Positions 1-9,747 of a stretch of DNA of 64,000 nt are shown piece by piece. The DNA lies in NCBI GenBank assembly GCA_965230945.1, contig OZ246397.1, positions 539,925-603,924 on the forward strand. The letters are read 5' to 3'. How positions within the stretch are numbered: position 1 is the stretch's first letter; the number at the start of each line of letters is the position of its first letter. The notes below the pieces were generated by a model. It made no database searches, had not been told where the DNA came from, and saw only the letters and a program-made list of their open reading frames with translations. Made by a program: the position numbers and the translations under genes. The stretch comes from an uncultured Gammaproteobacteria bacterium. Its GTDB lineage: Bacteria > Patescibacteriota > Microgenomatia > PFEM01 > JAPLYW01.

Positions 1-1651
1 ACGTATCAATTAATTGGGCGGAAAGGGTGGCATTGCCTTGTTTAAAGGCCACAACTGCTAAGGTGGCTGTTACTAGACTGATTTGATTTTGATAGATGGG
101 TTCGTTGGGGCGAATATTAACAGCCTTTTGAAGTTCCTTGAAAGCTGAGTTTACATGACCGGCTTTATTTAATTTTTCACCTAAGGCAAGGCGGCTGTCG
201 GCATACCAATAACGAACCACAGAGGTAATTAGAGTCAAGGCTGAGATGAGAATAAAGGTAAGTGTAAGCAATTGCCATGTCCTTAATTTAAGATTTTTAT
301 TAATTATCATTTCTTTTTCTTGGGAAAGATTGATGACAAAGAAAGCCGGCAGGAGAAAAAACAAAAGGGCAACGACAACTACAGAGAAACCAAAAAAGTT
401 GGTTATTAAAATGCTTATAAAACCGGCCAGCAAGGCAAGGTTTAGACTATTTTGCTTTTTGATCGTCTTTTTTAGCCCCCAGATGAGAAAGGTGATGATT
501 AAGGTCAAATAGCCAAGTAAGCCAGCGGTTCCTGTAGTAGCGGCAAAGTTCAGGTATTCATTATGGGCTTTGTTGTATAAAAAATCCCATTCACTGATAT
601 CGTTATGCTCTCTGGGTCGATACCAGTAATAGGAATAAGCAAAGGTTTCTAGTCCAGTGCCAAAAAGAGGATGGTTTTTCCAGACAGCTAAGCCTCCTTT
701 CCAGACAATTTTGCGGATTTCTCCTGATTCGGTACCGCCTGAAGGAATTTGGTTTTCCTGGACTACAGCTTGTGGTTTTGCTTTTTTTGAGGCTAAATCT
801 TTAATACTTGGTGTCCAAGGAGTACCTGACAAAAAGGTAACCACAAAGACAAGGCCGGTGACGATAAGGAAGGGTTTAATAAGAACTTTAATTTGCTCTT
901 TGTTAAAGAAGACAATTCCTGCCCAAAAAATCAGATAGATAATGGCAAAGCCGATGATCCCAGAGCGTGATTTAGTATATAAAAGGCAAAGATAGAGAAT
1001 AAAGATTAAACCTAAATTTAGCCATCTAACTTTTTTGAAGTTTATTTTAAAAGGGAGGGGGTTTTGGTTTTTCAGGAAGAAGGCCATGGGGATGGTTAGT
1101 AGAGCTACCAACCAGGCTGCTAGCCAATTAGGTTGACCTAGGGTGGAAAAGACTCGGTTTTGGACATCTTGAACCCAAAAGCGGGCATCAATACCAAAAT
1201 GTTCGGCAATACCATAGAGAGAAACAATGGTAGCTGAAGCAAGAAGACAGCGGATGCCTGTAGTTAACTGGGTTTTTCCTATATTAGAAACAAAAGCCCA
1301 ATAAAGAATAAGATAGCTAAAGGTTGAAAGCAAGCCACCATTGAAACGAGAATAATAACCCCAAACTGAAGTATGGCGGTCGATTGAAAAGACAGTGGCT
1401 AAAACTTGAGTAATCAAGAAGATAAGCAGGGGTATATCCCAAAATGTTTTTTTAAAGATAATTTTTCGATTGAAAATCATTTTTATCAGCCAGGCTGTAA
1501 GAATGATAATGGTCAGAAGATAGACAAGCAGCATTTTGTTAAACTCAAAGAGTTCGTAGTTCCAAGGAGTCATTGTAAGAGGGACGAGGAAGAAAAGGAG
1601 ATAAAATGAGCCAGTAATTAGCCGATTGCAAATTCTTACGGGCTTTAACAT
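1..1651 (-). CDS. O-antigen ligase-like (Wzy_C) polytopic membrane protein with C-terminal TPR repeats. The 3' end runs off the window. The start is at 1651 (MLKPVRI...) or 1573 (MTPWNYE...).
   Basis: My reverse-complement translation of 1..1651 is open for about 550 codons. It has many hydrophobic helices, the motif NKAHNEYLNFAATTGTAGLLGYL (the H-N-x-Y-L...G-x-x-G signature of O-antigen ligase/Wzy_C) and a TPR-like tail (LGEKLNKAGHVNSAFKELQKAVNIRPNEP). The ORF track misses it because there is no stop inside the window. Confidence 0.6.
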   Translation of the reverse strand, partial: MLKPVRICNRLITGSFYLLFFLVPLTMTPWNYELFEFNKMLLVYLLTIIILTAWLIKMIFNRKIIFKKTFWDIPLLIFLITQVLATVFSIDRHTSVWGYYSRFNGGLLSTFSYLILYWAFVSNIGKTQLTTGIRCLLASATIVSLYGIAEHFGIDARFWVQDVQNRVFSTLGQPNWLAAWLVALLTIPMAFFLKNQNPLPFKINFKKVRWLNLGLIFILYLCLLYTKSRSGIIGFAIIYLIFWAGIVFFNKEQIKVLIKPFLIVTGLVFVVTFLSGTPWTPSIKDLASKKAKPQAVVQENQIPSGGTESGEIRKIVWKGGLAVWKNHPLFGTGLETFAYSYYWYRPREHNDISEWDFLYNKAHNEYLNFAATTGTAGLLGYLTLIITFLIWGLKKTIKKQNSLNLALLAGFISILITNFFGFSVVVVALLFFLLPAFFVINLSQEKEMIINKNLKLRTWQLLTLTFILISALTLITSVVRYWYADSRLALGEKLNKAGHVNSAFKELQKAVNIRPNEPIYQNQISLVTATLAVVAFKQGNATLSAQLIDT

Positions 1652-1700
1652 AAGTTTAAGTATACCATGGATAAAGTAAGTGTGATAAAATTGTTTTGAA

Positions 1701-2762
1701 ATGAAATTAGGACCACTTTCTTCGTTTATTTCTGCTGATTTGGGTATTGATTTAGGGACATCTAACACCCTTGTTTTGGTTCGAGGAAAGGGAATTGTCA
1801 TTAGAGAAGCTTCGGTTGTAACTCGCCATAAAAAAACCAAAGAAGTTTTGGCTATTGGGAGGAAAGCTAAAAAGATGGTAGGCAAAACCCCTCTTAACAT
1901 TGAAACAGTAAAGCCTCTTCAAGATGGAGTCATTGCTGATTTTGATGCCACCGTAGCCATGCTTTCTCATTTTATTCAGAGCCTTTCTAGGGGAGGGAAT
2001 TTGTTTTCTAAATTAGTCAAACCTCGAGTAGCTCTAGGTATTCCTTCAGGAGTAACTGAGGTAGAGAGAAGGGCTGTTCAAGATGCGGCCTTAAGTGCCG
2101 GAGCCAGAAAAGCTTATTTGATAGAAGAACCTATGGCGGCTGTTATAGGTTTAAACTTATCTATTGATCAGCCACAGGGAATTTTAATCGTTGATGTTGG
2201 TGGAGGAACAACGGAAATCGCCTTAATTTCTTTAGGGGGTATTGTCGTTGATCGCTGTTTAAGAATTGCTGGTGATGAGATGGATCAAGCCATTATTAAT
2301 TTTATTAAATTGAAGTACTCCTTGCTTTTAGGACAGGCGACAGCAGAAGATTTGAAGATTCAGCTTGGTTCAGCTTTAGCTCCTAAGGTAGAAGATGGGA
2401 AGGAAAGACAGTTGGTAGTCCGAGGCAGAGATTTAGAATCAGGTTTGCCTAAGTCAATCAAAATCCAAAGCAGTGAAGTTAGAGAGGCGATAGCGCCGGT
2501 TATTCGCCAAATTATTGATCAAATTTCTGATCTGGTTGAAGAGGCCCCGCCTGAATTGGTGACCGATATTGTTGGCAAGGGAATTGTTCTTTGTGGGGGG
2601 GGAGCCTTAATAGCTAATTTGGATAAATTGATTGCTGAAGAAACAAAAATGCCAGTTTGGGTGGCAGATGAACCGCAGACTTGCGTTGTTAGGGGTTGTG
2701 CTAAGTTACTTTCAGATGAGAAACTACTTAATAAGTTTAAAGTAATTGGTGGTTTAAGGTAA
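1701..2762 (+). CDS. mreB: Rod-shape determining actin homolog MreB
   Basis: Actin/HSP70-fold motifs (GIDLGTSNT, DVGGGTTEIA, VLCGGGA); 353 aa; followed by mreC and mreD. Confidence 0.9.
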   Translation: MKLGPLSSFISADLGIDLGTSNTLVLVRGKGIVIREASVVTRHKKTKEVLAIGRKAKKMVGKTPLNIETVKPLQDGVIADFDATVAMLSHFIQSLSRGGNLFSKLVKPRVALGIPSGVTEVERRAVQDAALSAGARKAYLIEEPMAAVIGLNLSIDQPQGILIVDVGGGTTEIALISLGGIVVDRCLRIAGDEMDQAIINFIKLKYSLLLGQATAEDLKIQLGSALAPKVEDGKERQLVVRGRDLESGLPKSIKIQSSEVREAIAPVIRQIIDQISDLVEEAPPELVTDIVGKGIVLCGGGALIANLDKLIAEETKMPVWVADEPQTCVVRGCAKLLSDEKLLNKFKVIGGLR

Positions 2763-2815
2763 ATTGCTCTTTTAATTTTAAATATTTAAGTAAAAATTAG
2801 GTAAGGGAGGCAAAA

Positions 2816-3214
2816 ATGTTTTGGAAAGTTTTTTGGGGGATTTGGATTGTTCTTGCTGTTCTGTGCATAGGATTTTTTATGTATTACTTAGCTACATTGC
2901 CAGAGGTCAGTTTTCTATTAGAGGAAAACAAGACGCTTAGTGAAGTTGATGTAACTTGTAGTTCTGGTCCTAGTGAAGTAACTGTGGTGTGGGAAAAACT
3001 AGGAAATGACGGAAAGCCGATAACAGAAAGTTTCAGTGCACCAGGGAGCGGATTTCTGAACTTGATTAAATCAAGGCATATTCAAGAAAGTAGGCAAGGG
3101 AGAGAACTATTCATAACACTTAAACCATTTTGGCTTGCTCTTTATTTCTTTTGGAGTGTTTTATTCGTTTCTACAATAATGGTTTTAAGATACATTTTTA
3201 AAACACTAAGATAG
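2816..3214 (+). CDS. hypothetical small membrane protein
   Basis: 132 aa with N- and C-terminal TM helices; SD AGGGAGG about 8 nt upstream. Confidence 0.45.
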   Translation: MFWKVFWGIWIVLAVLCIGFFMYYLATLPEVSFLLEENKTLSEVDVTCSSGPSEVTVVWEKLGNDGKPITESFSAPGSGFLNLIKSRHIQESRQGRELFITLKPFWLALYFFWSVLFVSTIMVLRYIFKTLR

Positions 3215-3490
3215 CGGTGATATTATATTACTGCATAGTCATTACCGCTATCTTGATCTTCCTCCCTTGCCTTTCTTTATTAGAAGAGTCGCTTAAAAGA
3301 CGACTTTTTGGTGTAAGAATTCTATAGGATTTAATTATTTGGAAGTTATAGGGCTAAACTTGACAAACTCTATAGGATATGGTATTCTAGCATTTAGAAA
3401 TAGGCAGAAGCTTGTTTCTTATCGCACATTACAAATAGGGCAAGAAACGTAGTAATCATGTAAAAAAGAATCGAGTAAGGAGTAAAAGAA

Positions 3491-3676
3491 ATGGAAAAGA
3501 GTCGTAGGAAGAGAACTGTTTGGGGTTATTTCCGCCTTGTAATCCAAATCGTAGTGATTGCAATAGTTGGTATTATGGTAGCGATTGCTATTTTAAGCAG
3601 AGCTGGCTTAAAAGATTTGATATTCGTTATAGTGGTGGGAATAATCTTGCTTGTAATCAGTCGTTTTTGTGACTAA
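3491..3676 (+). CDS. hypothetical small membrane protein (61 aa)
   Basis: SD AAGGAG 8 nt upstream of the ATG; two TM helices. Confidence 0.4.
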   Translation: MEKSRRKRTVWGYFRLVIQIVVIAIVGIMVAIAILSRAGLKDLIFVIVVGIILLVISRFCD

Positions 3677-3729
3677 TAGTTTTAGTTAAACTTTGCCTGT
3701 GGGGGCATGGCTTTAAGCTAGGAGGAAGA

Positions 3730-3849
3730 ATGATTATTATTGGAACGATTATTTCAGGGATTTTTATTTGCACAGCAGTTTTGCTTATAGGTAACGGTAA
3801 GTTATCTAAAATAATATCTCATGGAAAATCGTATAGAAATAGGTGGTAA
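3730..3849 (+). CDS. candidate small membrane protein (39 aa, MIIIGTIISGIFICTAVLLIGNGKLSKIISHGKSYRNRW)
   Basis: Perfect SD AGGAGG at 3720-3725 with 4-nt spacing to the ATG; hydrophobic. Below the ORF-track size cutoff. Confidence 0.3.
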   Translation: MIIIGTIISGIFICTAVLLIGNGKLSKIISHGKSYRNRW

Positions 3850-3987
3850 GTTTGGTGGCGAGGATTCGTTCTAATTGCGGATTATTATCCTCCTATCAAA
3901 CTCAACCTAAATTTTCTTGCCCTTTTTTTTCAAGAAGGTCGCCTAACCAGCGGCTTTTTTGTTGGCTTTCTATGTTAGAATAAGGCG

Positions 3988-4788
3988 ATGAAAGATAAGT
4001 GGTTTAAAAAGATAAGCTTTTTATTTTTAGCTTTGGTATTACTTTCTTTTTTACTCTTTTGGTTTGATAAACAAAGTTGGATTTCTCCTCTTTTTGCTTT
4101 AATTAGAAAACCCATTAATAAGACGGAGGAAAGCTTCTTTAATTCTTATAGATATTTTTCTTCTTTTTTTTCTTTTTCAGGCAGAAAAGCTAGTGAAAAA
4201 AAGATTATTAATCTTGAGGGTAAATTACATTATCTGGCTTTAGATCAGAATGAATTGACTTCCTGCTTAGAAGAGAATAAAAGAATAAAAAGATTATTGG
4301 GGGCTTCTTTGCCTATTAAATGGAAATTTATGGAAGCCAAGGTTATTGGTGTTTCAGAGAAAATGAAGATCGCCAGAGGTAAAAGGGATGGCCTGGAAGA
4401 GGGAGTAAATGTTATTTCTGAAGATGTTTTGGTGGGCAAGGTAGTTTTCGTGGATGAAGATAGCAGTTTGGTACAATTGGTCAATGATCCTAGCTCTAAG
4501 ATTCCGGTGGTAGTTAAAAGGCCTAAGATGGCTGGTTTTCAAGCCAGAGGTCTTTTATTTGGGCAGTCAGGGAAGACCTTACTTTTAGATAGGGTACTGC
4601 AGGCAGAATTTATTCAGAAGGGGGACTTGGTAGTGAGTAGTGGCGATGAGGGTTGGTTACCAGATTTATTAATTGGGCAGATAGAAGAAGTTTCTCCCAA
4701 GTCAGCTGAGGTTTATCAAAAAGCGAGTGTTAGTCCCTTAGTTAATTATCGGGGTTTAAGTCTCGTTTTTCTTGTTGTCCGCCAATGA
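3988..4788 (+). CDS. mreC: Rod shape-determining protein MreC
   Basis: N-terminal TM, coiled-coil, C-terminal beta-rich domain; positioned between mreB and mreD. Confidence 0.8.
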   Translation: MKDKWFKKISFLFLALVLLSFLLFWFDKQSWISPLFALIRKPINKTEESFFNSYRYFSSFFSFSGRKASEKKIINLEGKLHYLALDQNELTSCLEENKRIKRLLGASLPIKWKFMEAKVIGVSEKMKIARGKRDGLEEGVNVISEDVLVGKVVFVDEDSSLVQLVNDPSSKIPVVVKRPKMAGFQARGLLFGQSGKTLLLDRVLQAEFIQKGDLVVSSGDEGWLPDLLIGQIEEVSPKSAEVYQKASVSPLVNYRGLSLVFLVVRQ

Positions 4789-5219
4789 AAGCTTATTTAA
4801 TTTTATTACCAGTTTTTTTTCTAGCTCTTTTACAGGGGTCCTTTTTAGGCTTTAATTTGGTTCTTTTGCTGGTTTTGTTTTATGTAGTTTTAAAGCAGAA
4901 TAGACAGAGTTTATGGGTAGCTTTTTGGTCTGGCTTAATTTTGGATTTGGCCAAAGGTCATTACTTAGGGCTTTCTGCCTTGATCTTTTTGTTTTTTAGT
5001 TTCTTGTTGATTTTATATTTCCGTCGCTTTCAGGCAACTAATTGGCTTTTTTTGGTAATTTTTGTGGCTCTTTTTTCTGGTGCTTATTCTCTTTTGGTTT
5101 ATCGCTTTTTTGATTGGAAAGAAGTTTTGTTTTTAATTATTTTGGCTCTTTTAGTACGCTTCATCTTAAGATTTTTCTCTATAGAATTGGCAACTAAACA
5201 GATAAGATTAAGGAATTAA
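4785..5219 (+). CDS. mreD: Rod shape-determining protein MreD
   Basis: 144 aa polytopic membrane protein; start overlaps the mreC stop (ATGA); precedes PBP2. Confidence 0.7.
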   Translation: MKAYLILLPVFFLALLQGSFLGFNLVLLLVLFYVVLKQNRQSLWVAFWSGLILDLAKGHYLGLSALIFLFFSFLLILYFRRFQATNWLFLVIFVALFSGAYSLLVYRFFDWKEVLFLIILALLVRFILRFFSIELATKQIRLRN

Positions 5220-6854
5220 ATGGATAACAAAACACGAGTTTATATTTTCTTAGGCTTTTTAATTATTGGTTTCCTGCTTTTAACAGCTCGTTTATTTGAA
5301 CTGCAGATAGTTTTTGGTTCTAAAAACAGAGTTTTAGCTGAGGGTAACAGAATTAAAAAAGAGATTATTCCTGCTCCTCGAGGGATTATTTACGACCGTT
5401 ATGGTAGGGAGTTGGTAAGAAACATACCTCTTTACCGACTAAAGATTGAGAACGAACAGTGCAAGGATGAAGATAAAGATTGCTTTAGGATAATTTCCCG
5501 GGAAGAAGCCTTGAGTTTAGAAGCAAAAGGAGATGTAGATAATCTACAAATAAACATTGGTCGTAATTATTTATATAAAGAATCTTTAGCTCATGTTTTA
5601 GGTTACCTAGGAGAGGCAACTAAAGAGGAAGTAGAGTTAGGCAAATTTAAAATGGGAGATTTAGTGGGGCGAATGGGGGTAGAGGAAGAATATGATTATC
5701 TATTACGAGGCCAAGATGGAGGTGTAATTTACGAAGTTGATACTCATGGAAATAGAATTAGAGAAATTGGACGGGTTGAACCCGTACCAGGAAAAGATTT
5801 ACATCTTACCATTGATGCCGAGCTTTCTGCCAAAGCCTATGAAGCCTTGGGAGGCCAAACGGGAGCCATAGTTGTTTCTAGGGTAGATGGTAATGAGATT
5901 TTAGCTTTAGTCTCTTCGCCTGCCTTTAATCCTAACCTTTTAAGTAGGACAGATGGTGAAGGTGATAGGCTAACTAAAAAAGTTCAAGAATTATTTGATA
6001 ATCCTAATAAACCTTTTTTTAATCGGGCCATTAGCGGGGTTTATCCACCTGCTTCGACTTTTAAAATTGTAACCGCCGTTGCCGGTTTAGAAGAAGAAAA
6101 GATTGATAAAGATACCATTTGGAATGATACCGGTGAAATAAGAGTAGGCGAATATGTTTACCGGAACTGGTACTTCATTCAATACGGCAAGACAGAGGGG
6201 GAGATTAATTTAATAACAGCTATTAAACGATCCACAGATACTTTTTTTTACAAGGTAGGTGAGTGGGTGGGCCCAACTCGTTTATCTGAATGGGCAACAG
6301 CTTTTGGTTTAGGCCAAAAGACTGGCATTGCTCTTCCAGGAGAAACGAAGGGTTCTGTTCCCAGTCCAAAGGAAAAAGAAAGATTGAAAGGCGAACGATG
6401 GTTTTTAGGAAATACTTATCATTTTGCTATTGGCCAGGGAGATATCTTAACTACTCCTTTACAAATTAATACTATGACTAGTGTTATTGCCAATGATGGT
6501 GAATTATGTTCTCCCATGGTATGGAAAGAGGAAAAAAAGAACTGTCAGAACTTAAGACTTAAGCAAGAATCTTTAAAGTTAGTTAAAGAGGGAATGAAAG
6601 AGGCTTGCTCGCCAAAAGGAACAGCTTTTCCTTTCTTTGAATTTAAACCTCAAGTGGCTTGTAAAACGGGAACAGCTGAATTTGGTGATCCGCAAAACAA
6701 AACTCATGCTTGGTTGACTGCTTTTGCTCCCTTTTCAGAAGATGGCAAAGCAGAAATTGTGGCCACGGCTCTAGTAGAAAAGGGTGGTGAAGGTTCTTAT
6801 ATAGCTGCGCCTATAGTCAAAAAGGTAATGGAGTATTATTTCCATGAAAGATGA
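5220..6854 (+). CDS. mrdA: Penicillin-binding protein 2 (elongasome transpeptidase)
   Basis: N-terminal TM, PBP dimerisation domain, transpeptidase motifs STFK (ASTFKIV) and KTGTA. Confidence 0.85.
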   Translation: MDNKTRVYIFLGFLIIGFLLLTARLFELQIVFGSKNRVLAEGNRIKKEIIPAPRGIIYDRYGRELVRNIPLYRLKIENEQCKDEDKDCFRIISREEALSLEAKGDVDNLQINIGRNYLYKESLAHVLGYLGEATKEEVELGKFKMGDLVGRMGVEEEYDYLLRGQDGGVIYEVDTHGNRIREIGRVEPVPGKDLHLTIDAELSAKAYEALGGQTGAIVVSRVDGNEILALVSSPAFNPNLLSRTDGEGDRLTKKVQELFDNPNKPFFNRAISGVYPPASTFKIVTAVAGLEEEKIDKDTIWNDTGEIRVGEYVYRNWYFIQYGKTEGEINLITAIKRSTDTFFYKVGEWVGPTRLSEWATAFGLGQKTGIALPGETKGSVPSPKEKERLKGERWFLGNTYHFAIGQGDILTTPLQINTMTSVIANDGELCSPMVWKEEKKNCQNLRLKQESLKLVKEGMKEACSPKGTAFPFFEFKPQVACKTGTAEFGDPQNKTHAWLTAFAPFSEDGKAEIVATALVEKGGEGSYIAAPIVKKVMEYYFHER

Positions 6855-7725
6855 AAAGAAATATTGGTTAGGTTTTAGTGCCTTTGCGGGTATTGGTCCT
6901 AAGAAGTTCTTTCTTCTTAGAGATTATTTTGGCTCTGCTAAAAAAGCTTGGCTGGCTTCTTCTTTTGAGTTATTAAAGGCTGGCTTAGGTCAAAATCTGC
7001 TGACGAGTTTTGTTGAATTTAGAAAAAAACTAGATTTAGATTCGTATTTTCTTCGTCTGCGTGAAAACGGGATAGAGTGCCAAACACTAGAAGATAAAAA
7101 TTATCCAGAAAACTTAAAAAATATTGATAATCCGCCCTTTCTGTTATTTGTGAAAGGAAATTTAAAGACCAATGATAAATGGGCGATAGCTGTTGTTGGC
7201 TCAAGAAGGATGTCTAATTATGGAGAGTTGGTTACTAAAAAATTAGTTAAGGATTTGGTCGGTTTTAATTTAACCATTGTTTCTGGTCTAGCGCGGGGTA
7301 TTGATACCATGGCTCATAAAACGGCTTTAAGATTTAAAGGAAGAACGATTGCCGTTTTGCCTTGTGGTTTAGATATGGTTTATCCGCCGGAAAACAAAAA
7401 CTTGGTTAAGCAAATTATTGATAAGGGAGGAGCCGTGGTTTCTGAATATCCACCTGGTTTTCGAGTTTCAAGAGGTAATTTCCCAGCCCGCAATCGCATT
7501 GTTTCCGGACTGTCTTTAGGGGCTTTAATTATTGAAGGAGCAGAAAGGTCAGGTTCTTTAATTACCGCTCGTTTGGCAGGTGAGCAAGGCAGGGAAGTTT
7601 TTGCCGTTCCCGGTCAAGTTACTTCCAAAAACTCCTTTACGCCTTCTTTGCTTATTAAGATGGGGGCTAAGTTGGTTTGGGATGTTAATGATATACTGGA
7701 AGAATTAAATCTTAAAAAAAGATAA
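6844..7725 (+). CDS. dprA: DNA processing protein DprA (Smf)
   Basis: Rossmann-like DprA core (VVGSRRMSNYG, SGLARGIDTMAH, LPCGLDMVYPPEN, GSLITAR). Confidence 0.85.
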   Translation: MKDEKKYWLGFSAFAGIGPKKFFLLRDYFGSAKKAWLASSFELLKAGLGQNLLTSFVEFRKKLDLDSYFLRLRENGIECQTLEDKNYPENLKNIDNPPFLLFVKGNLKTNDKWAIAVVGSRRMSNYGELVTKKLVKDLVGFNLTIVSGLARGIDTMAHKTALRFKGRTIAVLPCGLDMVYPPENKNLVKQIIDKGGAVVSEYPPGFRVSRGNFPARNRIVSGLSLGALIIEGAERSGSLITARLAGEQGREVFAVPGQVTSKNSFTPSLLIKMGAKLVWDVNDILEELNLKKR

Positions 7726-7751
7726 GAAATGTTTTATTATTTTTATTAAAG

Positions 7752-9740
7752 ATGAAAAGTTTAATAATAGTTGAGTCGCCTACTAAATCGAAAACCCTAT
7801 CTTCCTTTCTGGGAAAGGATTACAAAGTTATTTCGACCATGGGCCATATCAGGGATTTGCCAAAAGAGAAACTTGGAATAGAGATTGTTAAGAAAGATAA
7901 TAAAAGCTATGATTTCTTGCCCCAATATACTCTTTTAGATAAGAAAAAAGAGACGATTAAAAAATTAAAACAAGAAACAGGTAAGGCTAAAAAAGTCTTT
8001 TTGGCTAGTGATTCGGATCGTGAAGGAGAATCAATTGCTTATCATGTGGCCGCCATTTGTTCTAAGAAAAAGGAAAAAGATCCTAAGTTCCTAAGAATTA
8101 CCTTTCATGAGATCACTAAATCCGCTATTCAAAAAGCCTTAGCCAATCCGGGGAAAATTAATCTTCAGCTGGTTGATGCTCAACAGGCGAGAAGGCTCCT
8201 TGATAGGCTGGTCGGTTACAGACTTTCACCTCTTTTATGGCGCAAGATAAGAAGAGGTTTATCGGCCGGGAGGGTGCAGTCAGTGACCGTGCGTTTGATT
8301 GTTGAAAGAGAAAGGGAAAGAGAAAAGTTTATCCCAGAAGAGTATTGGGATATATTAGCTTATCTTCGTAAGCATATTGGTGGTCAAAAAGAAGGGGCAT
8401 CTACTTTTTACGCTAAGCTATTAAAAAAGAATAACAAGCCTTTTAAAGTTGAAAAAGAGGTACAGGCAGAAGAGGTTGTTAAGGACTTGCAAAAGGCTAA
8501 TTATGAGGTAGGCGATGTTGAAAGAAAAGAGGTTTTTCAAAATCCACCACCTCCTTTTACGACTTCTACCTTACAACAGATTGCCTCTCGTCGTTTAGCT
8601 TTTTCAGGGAAAAGAACGATGCGCGCCGCCCAATCGTTGTATGAAAAAGGTCTTATTACTTATCATCGAACCGATTCTTTTAGTCTTTCTTTACAGGCAG
8701 TAGGAGAGATAAGAAATTATATAGAAAAAGAAAAAGGGAAAAATTATCTTCCCGAAAAGCCAAGAATTTACAAGACAAAGTCTAAGGTCGCCCAAGAAGC
8801 TCATGAGGCCATCAGACAGACGAATGTTAATCGTCAAATTGAGGAAAAGAAAATAGGGAGAGATGAACAAAGGCTTTATAAATTAATTTGGCAGAGAACA
8901 GTCGCTTCGCAAATGAAATCAGCTATTTGGGATCAGGCAAAAATTAACATTCAGGCGATCAGTCAAAAAGATCTTTATGGTCTTTTAGTTGAAGGCAAGG
9001 TGATGAAATTTGATGGTTGGTTTTCTCTTTATGAATTCAAAGATAAGGAAGAAGAACTCCCTGATCTTAAAAAGGGTGATGATTTAGATTTAATTGAAAT
9101 TAAGAGCGAGCAGAAATTTACCCAGCCACCGGCAAGATATACAGAGGCAAGTTTAACTAAGGCCTTAGAGGAAAGGGGGATTGGCAGGCCTTCAACCTAT
9201 GTTCCCATTATTTCTACCATTCAAACAAGGCAGTATGTCGAGAAAGAAGAAGGTAAATTTAAACCAACACCATTGGGTGAAGTGGTTAATGACTTTCTAA
9301 TTGAATATTTCCCCCAAACCTTTGATTATCAATTTACGGCCAAAATGGAAGATGAACTTGATGATATTGCTAATGGTAAAAGAGAATGGATTTCGGTGAT
9401 GAATGATTTTTACAAACCTTTTGAAGAAAAACTGGAGGCTGTGACAGAGGTAGCTGAAAGAGTTCAAGTGCCTACAGAAGTAACAGGGGAAGATTGCCCT
9501 GAATGTAAAAAAGGCCAGTTGGTTATAAGAGTTGGTCGCTTTGGAAAGTTTATATCTTGTTCTAGGTTTCCTGATTGTAAATATACCGCTCCTTTTGTGC
9601 AAACAGTAGAAGGGATTAAATGCCCTAAGTGTGGTGGAGAAGTGGTTGTCAAGAAGACTAAAAAGGGTAAACAGTTTTACGGTTGTTCTAATTATCCAAA
9701 ATGTAATTGGGCTTCCTGGAAAAAACCAAAAACAGCTTGA
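7752..9740 (+). CDS. topA: DNA topoisomerase I with C-terminal zinc ribbons
   Basis: TOPRIM N-terminus (IIVESPTK), catalytic Tyr region (YHRTDS), three C4 Zn ribbons at the C-terminus; TGA stop. Confidence 0.9.
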   Translation: MKSLIIVESPTKSKTLSSFLGKDYKVISTMGHIRDLPKEKLGIEIVKKDNKSYDFLPQYTLLDKKKETIKKLKQETGKAKKVFLASDSDREGESIAYHVAAICSKKKEKDPKFLRITFHEITKSAIQKALANPGKINLQLVDAQQARRLLDRLVGYRLSPLLWRKIRRGLSAGRVQSVTVRLIVEREREREKFIPEEYWDILAYLRKHIGGQKEGASTFYAKLLKKNNKPFKVEKEVQAEEVVKDLQKANYEVGDVERKEVFQNPPPPFTTSTLQQIASRRLAFSGKRTMRAAQSLYEKGLITYHRTDSFSLSLQAVGEIRNYIEKEKGKNYLPEKPRIYKTKSKVAQEAHEAIRQTNVNRQIEEKKIGRDEQRLYKLIWQRTVASQMKSAIWDQAKINIQAISQKDLYGLLVEGKVMKFDGWFSLYEFKDKEEELPDLKKGDDLDLIEIKSEQKFTQPPARYTEASLTKALEERGIGRPSTYVPIISTIQTRQYVEKEEGKFKPTPLGEVVNDFLIEYFPQTFDYQFTAKMEDELDDIANGKREWISVMNDFYKPFEEKLEAVTEVAERVQVPTEVTGEDCPECKKGQLVIRVGRFGKFISCSRFPDCKYTAPFVQTVEGIKCPKCGGEVVVKKTKKGKQFYGCSNYPKCNWASWKKPKTA

Positions 9741-9747
9741 TACCTTT

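Noticed and set aside
246-1609. + strand ORFs 246..512, 657..938 and 1406..1609 from the ORF track
   Set aside because: All lie inside, and antisense to, the long open minus-strand O-antigen-ligase-like gene. Their translations are low-complexity.
1752-1970. minus-strand 72-aa ORF inside mreB
   Set aside because: Antisense to a highly conserved gene with no independent support. The same reasoning applies to 4245..4542(-), 7019..7204(-), 9297..9652(-), 11737..12282(+), 14217..14699(+), 16096..16281(-), 17158..17967(+/-), 18969..20509(-), 23330..23521(-), 32469..32651(-), 36684..36917(+), 39141..39410(+), 41037..41558(-), 44041..44674(-), 45318..46625(+/-), 49719..49901(-), 50752..50937(-), 52990..53250(-), 56614..56868(+), 60523..60784(+/-), 61129..61311(-), 62333..62527(+) and 63296..63577(+).
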